From Octopus vulgaris (Eukaryota), in assembly GCA_951406725.2 (NCBI GenBank), contig OX597819.1, positions 102,486,001 to 102,550,000 of the forward strand: a DNA stretch of 64,000 nt, given 5' to 3'. Shown here in pieces: positions 1-15,657 of this stretch (position 1 is its first letter; each line of letters opens with the position of its first letter). The translations under genes and the position numbers were made by a program. The notes beneath the pieces were generated by a model that was given only the letters and a program-made list of their open reading frames with translations, was not told the origin of the DNA and searched no databases.

Positions 1-1255
1 CCTTGTTCTCAGCTGGGCATACTATATCTATGATCCAGCATAGTTTCCTTTCTTTCTCAATTAAGACTATGACTGAGTTCCTATTCTCTATCTCATACTT
101 GCACTGAATCATAAAATCCCACAGGATCTTTGCATTATCATTTTCGATGATGCCTTCGGGTTTGTGGTCGTATCAATGTTTTCCTCTGTCAAGTCCATAC
201 TTGTAAAGTGTTCAATGAACAAACCTTGCTATATTGTCGTGGTGTCTCATATTCCTTCTGGGCTAGTGGCGTACTTTGGCTGGTAATATACCATACGGCT
301 TCACCATTTTGTTCACAGATTCTGCACTTATCACTTTCTGATGTGTTGTCTATTCTGTATTTTATGTTGTTTGTTCTTAGTGCTTGCTTCCTAAGCTTAA
401 AGCCCCCGTTTCCGTTTTTAAATCACTTTTAGTCATCCACAGCAATCTTTTCCTGTCTGTCTTACCTTCAATATCCCTACGAAATATTCCATATATTCTC
501 TTCTTAACCCACCTATTTTCAGTTTCATTTGTTTTCAGTTGCTTGTATAGTGCTTTATCTTTGCAATCTTTCATCCTACACAGGTCTGACCGTCTTACCT
601 CTAATAATAGCGGTTCTGTGTCACTTTTTACATAGCATGCTATGTTGTTTTCATCTGATTTAATGCTGTGTTCACATCCAATACGTTCTCTTCCCCTTCT
701 TTTTCTTGGTACATGCAGTCTGGGTCACTTTTTGGGTGGAGTGTACCAAATTAGTTAGCAACTTCCTTGTCTTAGCTGTTTAGCTCGTCTACTGTTCATG
801 CGATTACTCCTGTTATATATCTAAGGAGTGAAGCCACCCAGGTGTTGATAGCGTCAATCTTATTCCGTCCGTTTAATTTCGACTTAAGAATCAGTCTCAG
901 TCTGCGCAAGTACTCTATCGTATTTTTTCTACTGAAAGTATTCACCGTATACTGAAAGTATATACCGTATCAACGAGGGAAGTGACTTAGGCTTACCATA
1001 TAGTTTGAAGTCATCCATGAATAACACATGGTTGACATTTTGTTGACGGCTTTTGAATATATGCCCAGCTTTTGCTTTCCTCAGAATCAGTGTTAGTGGT
1101 ATCAAGCACAGTGCAAAGATCAGTGGGGACATGCTGTCTCCTTGGTAGATGCCCCTCCTGATTTCTACTGTCCCTAAACTTTTTCCGTATGCTGTCAGTT
1201 CCGTCCTCCAATTCGCCATACTTTTTCCAAGCAATCGCTCAACATTCCATGAAAT
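1..1255 (-). mobile_element. Decayed R4/Dong-clade non-LTR retrotransposon fragment (RT, thumb, CCHC and start of RLE)
   Basis: Minus-strand translation gives RRGIYQGDSMSPLIFALCLIPL and HVLFMDD (RT), then NCRIC..ETV.HI (CCHC) and HKPEGIIENDNAKILWDF (RLE lead-in). Interrupted by stops and frameshifts; runs off the window start. Confidence 0.85.
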
Positions 1256-1423
1256 ACCAAATAGGAGGAGGAGAAGAGGAGGGGGAGTAACAGTAGTAGT
1301 AGTATTAGTAGTAGTAGTAGTAGTAAGAGTATTAGTAACAGTAGCGAAACCTACTACATTATTAATATTAGTAGTAATTGTGGTAGTGGTTTGGTGACGG
1401 TAGTGGCAGTTGTAGTAGTAGTA

Positions 1424-1480
<57 letters not shown>

Positions 1481-2496
1481 CATCGGAAGCAGCTTCAACA
1501 GCATCAATTGCACTTGTAATAGCATGAATACATGAATAACCGTTTATACCTTATATGTGACAGTAGAGATGTGAATTCATAATGAAGAGAAAAAGTGAAA
1601 AAAAGAAAGGAAACAAGAAAAGAAAAAAAGACAAACAACCAACAAACTGTAAAATAAAGTAAATGCAAGGTTAATCTGTCTTAATCATTGATTGTAATTA
1701 TTACTTCGAACTCTGTTACAGAAGTTTTAGTGGAAGAGGAGAAAAATGAGAAATAAATGTATTTAGATTTTTATTGAGAAAGGAGATCTATGTTTTATAG
1801 CTTTTCTCTCTATCGTTTCAAGTGTTCCCAAAGCCAATGCTTTCTTCTTCTCTTCTCCTCTCACTCCATCACCACCAAAAGGTCATTAGGTCAAATGATA
1901 GTCTCCAATCACTGTCATCAAACTTAAACTTGATATTTCATCGTTCAGCCCGAAGGCTCTTGTAAGGATCAGCCCTTTGACAGGTCAATAATGTAATACT
2001 TATTGAAATTTAACATCTTTCAGAAATTATGCTTTTCTCGGTTTCATTTCTTGATCCTTCTGACATGTTTGTTGCACCATAAGCATAATGACAGCTCTTA
2101 GAGTAGTTTCTTGCTGCCGACATAATTCCAGTGTTTTATCTGTTTTGCTCTTTTTATCGTCTTGCCATCGCCTATTTCAGCGCACTTTAATCCAGTTGCG
2201 TTCTAACACGGATGACAACCTAATCCACCATCTGCGCGTTGAATATGCTGTATGAGAAAGTTGACTAAGAAACGTAACAGCCATTATGAAGATTAGTGAG
2301 AACTATAACAGAAACACATATATATTCGTGTTTAACAAAAATATGTCTCTGTTTTCGATTTAGGAGACATGACATTTCGGTTTAATACGCATCTGTTTCG
2401 ACAAACGGACACAGCGGGCATTTATTCTCGCTTTCCAATTATATAATGCCTGCTATCATTTTGTAACGATATCTGCCTATAAAATAAAATGTTATA

Positions 2497-2662
<166 letters not shown>

Positions 2663-2831
2663 GATGTAGCAGAATGAAATTAGACGAAGAGTAGCTGAGA
2701 TGAGGAAGAAAAAAAATAGAAAAATAAGCAAGTAGAAGAGTCAAAAGGAGAAGGAAGATAATCATACAAAGAAGAGCAAGAGAAATGATAAAAATGATGA
2801 TGATGATGATGATAACGACGACGACGACGAC

Positions 2832-2865
<34 letters not shown>

Positions 2866-5318
2866 TTGATGATGATGATGATGGAGGTGGTGGTGTTGGT
2901 GATGACGATGATTGTGCGATTCTTAAATTGATATCAAGATTTATTACACTTTTGATAAAATTAATAACCATATAATCTAGACTGGAATTGCAACACAACA
3001 ACAATCCAAAAGAAAATATCCTTTATCTGTGAATATGTACAATATTTAACTAAAACAAACAATGCATTTATTCCATATATTTTTTTCGAAGAAGCAGAAA
3101 GAAGTAGTTGTAATATTTATGCCTCTCCGGAGGACAATTTTGATGTGAGTGAAACGCAACGGTTTCAACAGGGAATCAAAGCTTACTCAATGACTTAACT
3201 TGTCAGGGGCTTAACTCTTATGTTATGCTACACTGTGTATTTGTTCTTGAAATATTCATACATTTTTGACTTGCTACAAAAGTTCTGTTTTACAAAAGTA
3301 TGAAATTGTAAGCCGTGTCCTTCATTTTATCCCTAGAATGTTTTTTCACAATAAAGGAAATAAAAGTGCTTTAGCCATCCAAAAAGTTTACTGATGAGTA
3401 GCAGAGTCAACGATATATTCTGTCTATTCAGGTGTAGTTAATTCTAATATTTTATCTTCTGTTGATTATAGGAAAGATATGAGCATTACATCAACCTATT
3501 TCTTCATGTACACTTCTCATTAAAATATACACTGAGCAGAAAATACGACAAAGCAATATTAAATGCTCATATCAATTTTCTTCATCTCTGTGTAGGATTC
3601 AATGTATTTATACTTGTAGCTACATACATATATTCTTATGTATGCCATGGGTATGAATTTAAACTACAACAGATAGTGGGGTCCTGGGTCGAGAGCCCCG
3701 CTGTTTGCAGGAGTGTGAAACATCATAACCACTATTATTCCAAGGACTACTCTGATCCGTCAGAATCCCAGTTAATGGTTAATTAGCATGTCATAAAAGA
3801 GACACCAAGCACAAACCTTACACTGCCTTGCGAATGCGCTGGAAATGCATAGGAAAGGCACCCTCAGCAGCCAATCACGAAGTGAAGTTCTTCATGTGGT
3901 CTAGTGCCCTCTCTGGCAACCTTTCATCAAATACAAGATTGGTGTACCTCTCCAGGCTTGCAAGACAATTTTAACTAGAATTCCATACCAAAGAAAACCT
4001 TTAGCTTGCAGATCGCCGTAGCTGCCCTAGACCACCGGACAACTGTTGTGATTTTTCCATGTTTTATAGAGTGGGATCGATCTCGCGAGCTGACCTTCAC
4101 TTCGATTCTACTTAGTGCGTATATGAAGAATATTTGTCAACAGTGCTCCAGAACCTACGATTTAAGGTTCGATTTCAACAGCTGTTTAAAGCCTAGCCGG
4201 TGTTTTTCATGATTTTCTACCAACGAAGAACTACCATCATGTATGTATGTATGTATGTATGTATGTATGTATGTATGTATGTATGTATGTATGTATGCAT
4301 GCATGTATGTATGTGTGTATGTATGCATGTATGTATTACGTACATATGTATGTATTAATAAATGTATGGATGCGTGTATGTATATATGTATGTGTGTGAG
4401 CATGCATGGATGTATGTATGTGCGTAGATGTATGTATGTACGTATGTATGTAGCATGTGTGTATGTATATAGACTGCAAAGCGAGAAAATTAGTCCACTG
4501 GCACAAGTTAATGAATGAGAAAGTGAGACATACAATTAAAAGGATCTAACCGACTATAAGAGACCCAGGAAGAGAGAATGGCAAACGTATCTTTGGAACT
4601 CAGAAATAAAAGAATGAAATTAAATACTATGCGGTACTTTATTCTTTGTGTCTAATCACCGTCCTAGAATATGTTAACATTAAATCTTCACGAGATTGTA
4701 CGTTTACTAAAACGAAAAATATGTGGCTTCAAACACACTCTGGAGAAGCAGTGGTTTAACTGAATATAACACTAATTATTTAATTATCAGCAATCATCTC
4801 ATGCCCTCCCGCCACCAACAACAGAATTGTCCGAACTCATCAAAGCTTGCTAATAAAACGTCAATTTTAAAGTACTGCCACATTGTATGTCTCTCTATGA
4901 TTAATTACAGTTACATGTTGATTGCTGAGTAACTTGGTTACGGACAGAGGGCAGCTCTGGTGTTAGAATTAAAGTCACAATTATCTTGAATATTCTAAGA
5001 AAATACTTTCGTACACATATTTTAAAGAATTGACTGGAAATCAATAAATTTGGTAGTTTAGGGGTGAAGAAATCGTACGGCTAACTCACTTGTATAGAAA
5101 CACGTATAGATTGGATGTAAAACAATTATGAGTCTTTCAATCTCTGTGTACATGTATATCTATTCACACGCGCGCGCATGCACAAAGACACGAATGTATG
5201 TGTGTGTGTGTGAGGTATATATAAATGTAAACAGACATACAGACACACAAATATATGTATGTGTGTATGTAGTAATAATAACAATAATCTTTCCAAGGAC
5301 TTTATAAACATCTAATGC

Positions 5319-5452
5319 ATCACTACGCGCGTTTCCACATGTTACATGTCTCATAAAATCACAGTCCGTATTCCTGGGATGATTACATTGTAGTCCGTAG
5401 TATCCGCAAGGAACGGGTAGATCATCTTCATGGATTCATTTCTTCAGGCGAT
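5319..5452 (-). ncRNA. Minimal type-I hammerhead ribozyme motif with long stem II insert
   Basis: Minus strand reads ATCGC-CTGAAGA-(~105 nt)-GAAA-CGCGCG-TA-GTGAT. Stem I is ATCGC/GTGAT, stem III is palindromic, and the cleavage triplet is GUA. Confidence 0.6.
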
Positions 5453-5541
5453 ATAACACTAATGGATCGTTAGCAGAGGCATATTTATCCATTTGGTCCG
5501 GTGCGAAGATTAGTGGAGTTATGTAGGTATTTCTGCGTGTA

Positions 5542-5620
<79 letters not shown>

Positions 5621-5884
5621 AACTTTTACATGTTCCAGTCATTTGCACTAGACTGCGGCTGCGCTGGAGCACCGCTTTTACGCGTTTGGAGCCATATGCT
5701 CAACAAGCAGGAATATGAACACCCAAGTGCATATCTTTAGCCAACTCAGATGAGATTCGACTTCTAAATAGTTTTATTTATGATAATTAATTTATAAAGG
5801 TCTGGAATCGAAACAGCTGTCAGAGATGTCTAATTTTTTAATTAATAAATATTTATTGATTATATCTCCATTTTCTTATATTCT

Positions 5885-5918
<34 letters not shown>

Positions 5919-5977
5919 CTTATTTGTATATGTGTGTGTGTGTGCTTATTTGTATATGTGTGTGTGTGTGTACATTT

Positions 5978-6160
5978 ATATTAGATATTGAGCAAGGGGA
6001 TTCGCATGGACAGTAGACGAACTAAACAGCTTAGACAGAAAGACAAAGAAGTTGCCAACTAATTTGGGACACTCCACTCCAAAAGTGACCCAGACAGACT
6101 GCATGTACCAAGAAAAACGATGATTTGGGCCGATACAAATTGGCAACTGTGTCTTATTCA
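5978..6160 (+). mobile_element. Short R4/Dong-type fragment (thumb region)
   Basis: Reverse-complement homolog of ~670-820 (gacagtagacgaactaaacagc...cactccaaaagtgacccagacagactgcatgtaccaagaaaa). Confidence 0.75.
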
Positions 6161-6164
6161 ATCG

Positions 6165-6965
6165 TCCCGGAAAAGATGAAAAGCAAAGAACGGGAAAACA
6201 AGCGAAATGCCGCCAAGCATTTGCTCAGTGTGCTAACAATTCAGCCAACATGACCTCTTGTTTAATAATCATAATATTGATTTCAAAGTTTGGCACAAGG
6301 CCAGCAATTTCGGGAAAGAGAATAAGTCTATTACATCGGCCTCGTTCTCAACGGGTGCTATTTTATCGAGCCCAAAGCATGAAAGACAAATTCGGCCCCG
6401 CTGGAATTTGCCTGGCGTAGTAACCATTCTGCTAGCCCTCCGTCCTACCATAACTAAATATTGCAGCGAATTTTATGCGACGCTCTATTGGTTCTGCTAA
6501 TTATGAGGTTCAACAGGGACAGTAATAATTCTTTCTTATATAGGAGAAAGGCCTGAAATTTTGTTGGAGGAGCTAGTCAATAACATCGACACCGTTGGTC
6601 GACTGGTTCTCATTTTAAACACCAGGATATGCTTCCAAGTCAATCTCAGTGGAATTAGGACTGAAAACCTAAATCCAGAAGAAATACCGCTTCGCATTTT
6701 ATCCGGTATGGTAACGATTCTGCCACCTCGGTGCTTTATCAACGATAATAAAAATGTTTTCCACTATAGGCACAAGGCGCCTGAAATGTTTGGGAGAGAG
6801 GGTTAAATTTCATTGAACCCTGTGCTCATCTGGTACTTGTTTTATCGACCCCGAAAAGATGGAAGGTAAAGTCGACTTCGAAGGCATTTGAACTCAGAAG
6901 TTAAAGCCGGAAGAAATGACGAAATGCATTTTGTCTGACACGGCAACGATTCTTCCAGATCGGCA
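6165..6965 (-). mobile_element. Cluster of decayed tRNA-derived SINE copies (family B)
   Basis: Repeated reverse-complement matches to the family-B core (tttatcgaccccgaaaagatggaaggtaaagtcgac; ggcacaaggcc...aattt). Confidence 0.7.
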
Positions 6966-7973
6966 TCTTAGTAATAATAATAATAATAATAATGATAATA
7001 TCACTGCAGAAGATACAAGAAAAAATCTCCGATAGCAACATTGATGTCAATAACGTTTATAATTAAGCTTTATTATAGAATAAATAACGAATTACATTCG
7101 AACGGAAAGAAATATTTTTACAGAAAAGAATAAGAATTTGAGACATGAAACTGTACGCTGGTGTAAATTAAAGCGCTTGAAATAAGGCGGAATCGAACCT
7201 GTGTCGCATACATGTATTTTCAGTTTATTTCCTCGGTTTTGGGTGTTTAGCATTGTCAGTATTATCATTGCTAACAACACAACTATAGCAAATGCTGCTG
7301 TTAGACTGGTTGCCATTATTACGACTGTTTTCTTGTAGCTGTCATTATTATTGTTTGACGTTGTTTTGTCGCTATTGCTCTTGTTATAGTTGTTGTCATT
7401 GTTGTAGTTGTTGCTTTTATTGTTGTAGTGGTTGTTTTTGTTGTTGTTGTTGTTGTTGTTAGTGTTTTTGTTGTTGTTTTATCGGAAAGATTTCCACCAG
7501 TTCGCCATTTGACAAACATTCCATCAACAATGGCCGCTGCCAGTGAGAGAGGTGCAAGGCGGAAGTGGATCTGTGATGAAGTCAATCGCTGCATTATTGG
7601 TCTTAATACACATTGAATGGCAAACTGGACACTGGTCGGCCATAATGGGCCACTAGCTTAGTTCTTTTTTTTTTGTTATTGGTCAGACATTCAGCAGCTT
7701 AATGTACAATGAGCGAGCCACGACATTCACTTTCACTTTCTCTATCACGTGCCGGATATGGTTCAATCGAAGTGAGGAAAGAGGTGATGGCGGGAGGTTT
7801 GTGGAACGTCATTCATAAAGCTGTTTGTGACGCTGAAATGTTGGATACATGCCTATTGATAGCTGTATAGGAACTGTAATGAGATGTTCGATTACGCACG
7901 TATATGTGTGTGTATGTATTCATGTGTGTGTGTGCAGGCGTGTACGTGTTGTGTGTGTGTGAGAGTGTTTGTG

Positions 7974-8029
<56 letters not shown>

Positions 8030-8822
8030 TGTATCGTGTGGATGTAGGTGCGTGCCAGTGCTTAAATATAAGTACATATATGAACAATTTATGCACATAT
8101 ACGCACGTATAGGCGTATGATTTCATGTAAATGTATGTAAGTATGCATATAACTATGTATGTGCCAATGTGTATGTATACATGCATATAACTGTATGCAT
8201 ATCTGTATGCATAAATGTATGAAAGTATTCATGTCTCTATGTATGGAAGCGTATGTAGATATCTAATCGTATGCATGTATGTATGCATGTTATTATATGT
8301 ATGTCTCTGTATGTGCATAAGTGTGACTGTGCGTGTGTATGGGACAGGGTTGTGTGTGTGTATGAGACTTATACAGTGGACGTTATGGAGTACATGCTAT
8401 CAGTAACGCTGTGAGTGTTTATGTGATGGGTTGCAAATTGGAAACATATAAATACAGTTATATACATACATACATACATTTGCGTGCATGTATCTGCGTG
8501 CGCCTTCGAATATATATATATATGTGTCTAAGACCATGCACATACACAGCATTTACACACGTATACATGCATCCATACATATATACGTACATACACACGT
8601 GTATGTGTTAGAGTGTATGTGTGTGTATATGTATATATTCATAATTGTATATCCATGTATAATTTTGAATACATGTGTGTGTGCATATGTAGTTGTAACA
8701 ATGGCATAAAACATAAATACACACACACTCACACACACACACACAGACAGACAGACACACACACACACACATACACACATATATATATATATAATATGCA
8801 TATATATAGATAGATACAGACG

Positions 8823-8856
<34 letters not shown>

Positions 8857-8916
8857 CATACGCATACATACATACATACATACATACATACATACATACA
8901 TACATACATACATACA

Positions 8917-8949
<33 letters not shown>

Positions 8950-9259
8950 TGAGATATGGGAATAGTTCACATGCTTATGAGTGTCTACAATTTCTCTTGC
9001 AAAAAATGTTCCGGGCAAATGCGACCACAACTTAAATGCATAAGCACTTATACATATTTGTGATTTTCAGTACAAATGTGTGTGTAATCTCACCCCGCGC
9101 ATATATGTATGTATGTATATGTGTGTGTATGTAGATTTATAGATAGACCATTAAATTGATAGACATGCAAATATATATACTTATGTGTATGTTTGTGTAT
9201 ATAGATATACACATATATATATATATACATATATATATATATGCATATATATATATATA

Positions 9260-9299
<40 letters not shown>

Positions 9300-9340
9300 T
9301 ATATATGTGTGTGTGAGTAGACATACATGCACACAAACAG

Positions 9341-9389
<49 letters not shown>

Positions 9390-10166
9390 CGTATATATGT
9401 ATATATAAATTTTGTGAATATACGTATATAGTGTAGATACCCAGAAACATTGTATAATATACCAGTGTATATCTGCGTACCGAGGGACATTAACGTTTTC
9501 TCTTTTTCCATTACAACTTTTTAGCCATTTTTGTATTTGTCTGTGTGTCTGTCTCTTTAGCTTCTCTCTCTCTCTCTCTTTCTCTTTCTTTGTCCACCCC
9601 TTTCTCTCTCTCTCTCTCTCTTCTTTCACTCTCTTCTTTCTCTCTCACTTTGTTAATCATAGCTCACTCTCATTCTGGCCATTATTTCCTGCAAAGCAAA
9701 TGTGATTTCGCCAAAAGCTACACATTTGCAGACAACACTATCAATGCAAAAGAGAAAACTATTTCCAGTAAAACCTTCTAAAACGAGATTTGTAAAACTG
9801 GCCAACATCTAATGGGATCTCCATTCAGAACTACTAAGGTGAGAGATAGAGAACAACTACCACCATATCTTGTATTCCAAAATTCTAAACGACCATCTCC
9901 GTCAACATCACTCACACTGGTATTGCCATTGTGATCATCGTCACCGGTTTCGTCATCATTGCTATTATTACTGTTGCCATGATTATTGCTTTGTGATTAC
10001 TCCTCCTACTGTCACAATCCGTTCATTTCCCTTATCCATTTCCTTCTCCTCCTCCTCTCTATGGTCAACATTACTGCCATCGTCATTTTCATCGTCATCA
10101 TCAACAACCTCATTCTCATCCTCATCTTCATCATTCTCATCGTCATCATCATCATCATCATCGTCG

Positions 10167-10229
<63 letters not shown>

Positions 10230-10332
10230 CCTCATCTGTTTCTTCAGTTTCTTCAGATTTCTCATTATAAGTATCATCATAATCACTATCTGCATCCTCG
10301 CTGTCTTTCTCATTTAAATAATATCAATAATG

Positions 10333-10451
<119 letters not shown>

Positions 10452-10470
10452 AAGAAGAAGAAGAAGAAGA

Positions 10471-10952
10471 ATGTGGCTTTCATGGCTTCCGATCTTAACT
10501 GATTGGAGTTGTAATCATGTACATTGTTTTGTCTTCGTATAAAAGATGGGCTACAGCAAATATTCTGCTCAATACCACAGATTTGCTTGTCAGTTGTTTG
10601 ACCATAACCAGTTGAGCATGTCCCTTAGTTGCTGACAATATGTGCATTTCTGATCACGAGAAATTCTTTGGGGATTGGATAATTCACCCTGGAAACATGG
10701 GTGTTTCGTTCAACATCCTTAAACAGCCCTTATTCAGGGACCATTTGACCGGGATGGGCTACTCGACCTAAAGAAAATTCTATCAGGGCCCCGCCTGCAA
10801 GGTCATGCGCTCTTTATCGCGATATGAAATCACTACCTCAAGCACATATGGTTGTGATGTATGTGCCCAGACGGGTAGCCATGATGGGTATACTGGGCTT
10901 CGTATATTTCATCCCAGTGTCAGTTTGATGGCATGCACTGTTCTCTCACTCA
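10471..10952 (-). mobile_element. ~500-bp non-coding interspersed repeat embedded in TAA/GAA microsatellites
   Basis: 10471-10720 is the reverse complement of 21858-22140 at high identity; the copy is bounded by (AAG)n and (AAC/AAT)n. Confidence 0.75.
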
Positions 10953-10997
10953 ATAACAACAACAACAACAACAACAGCAATAATAATAATATTAATT

Positions 10998-11051
<54 letters not shown>

Positions 11052-11064
11052 TAATAATAACAAC

Positions 11065-11105
<41 letters not shown>

Positions 11106-11297
11106 TAATAATAATAATATTTTCTATATGCACATGGCCTGAAATTTGGGGGAGGGAACTAGTCAATTACATCGAGCGCAGTTTTGCGCTGGTAATTGAT
11201 TTATCAACCCCGAATGGATGAATGATATAGTCGACCTCGGCGCAATTTGAAGTCGGAACGTAGCGATGGGCGAAATACTGCTAACGATTTCGTAATA

Positions 11298-11343
<46 letters not shown>

Positions 11344-11345
<2 letters not shown>

Positions 11346-11990
11346 CGAAATGAAAAGAAATACAACAAATAACTGCAGAATTACTAAATAAAAATGAAAT
11401 GTGACAACTAATTGCAGAATATGTGGTGATGGAGAAGAAACAATAAATCATATTGTCTCTTGATGCCCAGTCTTGGCTAAGAAGGAATATATTCACGGAT
11501 ACGACAGAGTTGAGATATATACACAATGAAAGCTATGTCAATACTATGAAATAACAACAGAAAAAAGATGGTAGAAACACACCCCAGAAACGGTCACGGA
11601 AAATGAGAAAACAGCCGTATGGCAATACACACAGATATAGAAATTAAGGCGAATAGGTCGGATAGAATTGTCAGAGATCGCTAAGTAAAGAATCCTTTCT
11701 AATCGAGATGTCAATACCAAGAGATGACAACGCTTCAAAATACAAAGATCTAGAAATAGAGGCAACTCGAATGTGGAGCCTAAAAGCAAAAACAATTCCT
11801 AATATAGTAAGCGCATTATGTATGATAAAAACATATTCAGACAAATACATAAAAAAAAACACCAGGACTTATACGTATATATAGCATACAGAAAAATTAC
11901 ACTAATAGGCACCGCACATATCCTACGTAAAATACTTTCAATACTGTTAAAATAAGAGTACTACAACAAACCACAGCACATACCCAAGCA
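11344..11990 (+). mobile_element. 5'-truncated R4/Dong-type element 3' end (CCHC, RLE, 3'UTR)
   Basis: NCRICGDGEETINHI zinc knuckle and PVLAKKEYIH; colinear with 30193-30750; preceded by (TAA)n. Confidence 0.85.
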
Positions 11991-13451
11991 AAACAATGAC
12001 AGGCACACACATGTACTAGCAGAGCGCACACTCATACACACACACACACACTCACAGACACGATGGGTTCCCACTCAGTTTCCGTCTACCTATTTCACTC
12101 ACAAAACTGTAGTCTGCTCGGGCTACCACTTGCTCAAGATGCCATGTGCAATGATTGAGCCTGAAACACATGGTTGCGAAGCAAGTTTCTTAATAATGCA
12201 GCAGCAATGCTGATGATAATAGCAACAAAAACAACAACAACAACAACAACAATAATAATAATAATAATCCCTTCTATTATTGACACAAGGCCTGAAATTT
12301 GGGGGGATGGGGCTAGTGGAATGTAATCATTTCACATGTTATAATTCTTTCTATACATTAGCAGAAAGGTGAAGTTAGAGATATGGGACTTCGAGTTTAG
12401 CATCAACTTAAACGCCTACTTTATGGATATGTCCTCTTCCTTATGTTTTGTAAAGCTTACGATGCACAATTATGTTTTAGAAAGTACCTGAAATGAGTTG
12501 TCAAGTTGTGTTTTTTTCTAATATGGTCTATAAATTTGTCGAGAAACCATTCGTCTTTGTTTGCTGGAGAATGAAGGCACATTTTATTAACGTTGATGTT
12601 AGATTTTCTTTTGCTATGGTAAAAGTGAAATATATAATCTCTCTGGATAGAACTATAGAGCTCAATAATTTATCGAGCTTATGTATTTGTATATGCAGCG
12701 CGGCATGTTCAAGGATCCAGAGAAAACACTGCTGAATTCCTGAATTTATTTACACTTATTTGAATATTTTCAGAAAATGAACTACTCCTTTAAACTCGCA
12801 ACACGGTTTCGAAATCTTTTAAAGTCTTTTCGTTTACAAAGCTGATAAACCCACCTTTAGTTTTTATGCCTTTTGTAGACCTGATCTTATTTTCTATTCT
12901 ATTCTTAAAGAAATAACGCTGAATGCAATAGGCGCATTATTATATCATCCTTATATTAAATTTTATTTTGTATTAAACATTCATTTTCCCTATTATTTTG
13001 ATTAGTAAACCAATTTGAAAACTTCCATTTGCGAATGTCTGAGTGTAAAATGTGAGTACGCCTTTGTTTGCATCAATGAAGTAATATTTTTAGATACATA
13101 TATTTCAGTATATATAACAACGGTGAAGTGTAACATCTGTCCCAAATGACCCAACCATATTAGAGCACGATATAAGTTCATCAACAATTAGATAGCTGTT
13201 TCAAAGTTGTATGGATATAACAAACATTGTTTACATATACGTAGCTAGGTTGCAGTTTGTGCTGCGTGACAAATCTGATTAACGTTTGATTGACGTGTAC
13301 ATAATTATGTCTGTCTGAATTTATGTATACATATATATGTGTGAGTGTGTGTATGTGTGTCCATATATATATATATCCATGTAAATATACATATATGTAT
13401 ATATATATGTACGTTTATGTATGTATAAATGTATATGTATGAATGTATATA

Positions 13452-13512
<61 letters not shown>

Positions 13513-14305
13513 CACAAAGACACACAGACACAGTGGGAGATAGATATGAATACACTTACAGGCATATATATATACACACATAATCATACACACAAACGCA
13601 CACACGCACACATATATATAGATATAAGTATACACTCATACATATATATGTATATATATATACACGCATATAACCACATATACAAATGTATAAGTATGCA
13701 GATTTGTGCATTGAAGACCTCCATCTGCAATGCACTGAGTGAACCTATCCGTCAAACCCTTCCTTACTAAGATAGTAGCCGGGAGCTACGCACTCTTTTC
13801 TTTCAGTAGGGACAAAACGATAAAAACAGTTAATAATTATATAGTTAAATTCCGTTAAAGACTAAACTAGAATGGTGGCCACCACTTTGTCTTACAATCA
13901 AATTTAATACTCCTTTGTAAAGGGCGATGAGAAATATGCATTAGGCACGTTTATAAACCATTATGGCCATGCTTAAAACTATGTAAGATAGGAGAAAAGA
14001 CGAGACAATTAAAACCTACTTGGCCTTTTAAGGGTATAAACAGCGAATGTTTAATATGAGATACTATGAATGTTAGAAGCAATTTTTCTTTTTTTCTTTA
14101 TTTTTTTCGGATCTTTACATTCTCAGTTGAAATCCGAGTGATATCAACTTTGTCTTCCATCCTTTCAGGGTCGATAAAATAAGTACCAGTGAATTACTTG
14201 GATCGATGAAATTGACTAGCCCACGGCCGACCAATTTTCAGGACTTGTGCCTATAGTAGAAAAGGATTATTGTTGTAATCCTCCTCCTCCTCCTCCTCCT
14301 CCTCC

Positions 14306-14344
<39 letters not shown>

Positions 14345-15386
14345 ACATAATCATCATCATCATCATCGTTGTTGTTATTGATTGTGTTAGGGCGTTGGAT
14401 TCTGAAAATCATTAAAATGCTGGAAAAACTTCCTTGCGACATATATTCCATATCTTTACATTCTAAAGTTTAATTTTATCTTTTATTCCTCCCAAATTAA
14501 TATAAAACGAGTAGCAGCCACGATTCTCACTCGTTATTTTTCTCTTTTTCATGTCTGTCGTTAACACCATTAAAATGAATGTTAAGCCAATTTGGTCTTG
14601 GACGAAAATACGATGAAAACACAATAAACCTCTTATGTATATGAACAATCTGAAGTTTTAAACTTCATGTTATAAACAACAAAAAAACATTGCTGAAGAT
14701 AGTACAGAGATCTACTAGTGTGGTTTATATGGGTGACGGATTAGAAAAACAAATCAGTGTAATCTTGAAGGCAAAGAAATTTATTAATATCAATATTATT
14801 CCAGGTAAAGAAACCTAGAAATAAAAACCAGACTAACAATTACAAATAGCTAGGAGATAATGAACTAGTCATAGTATAATACAGAAATACAGATGATATA
14901 TAAAGTCATAGTCGCATTTGGATTAGTACTTAAAATAAAAAATACTACAATATAAATAACATAGTAGGCCTCTATTTGTTTTAGTAATAAGTTATATTTA
15001 TAATATTCTCAGTTGGACCGTAAATAAACAAGCATAAGTAGAAAATGAACTAGAAAAACATCACTGCCTTTTGTGTACATCACCCCAAGTCTGATGCAGA
15101 AATAATAAGTCCAGATTCAGTCCGATTTTATATTTTGTTTCGAACTTTGGACAGCGGTCGTGATGGGTACCATCTGAAGTGTTTAGTCGAATAAATCACA
15201 CCAGTACATCTTTTTAAGTATTGTATTTAGTATGTAGCTCACTTTTGCCAAACAATTATGTTGCAAGGATCTTAAGCAAACCAAGACCAGCAGTCGACCT
15301 GTGCGCGCGCACACACATACACACGATCACACACTTATATTCATATGCATACATATACGCAAACACATAAGCACTCACCCTAATAC

Positions 15387-15436
<50 letters not shown>

Positions 15437-15488
15437 GTATGTATGTATGTATATATGTATGTATGTATTTATATATATATATATATAG

Positions 15489-15536
<48 letters not shown>

Positions 15537-15657
15537 TTAAGAGATAGAACCACCTTCAAGCAACTCAAACAACATTGAACGACATCTATGAGAGATTTAT
15601 AAGATTAAATTTTATCAAATTAATATCTACAATTACTATTCTGAGTCATATATTAAA

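Noticed and set aside
3391-3435. CTGATGA followed by a hairpin
   Set aside because: No GAAA, UH site or stem I; not a hammerhead.
14693-14720. CTGAAGA-TAGTA...TACTA stem
   Set aside because: GAAA is absent after the stem.
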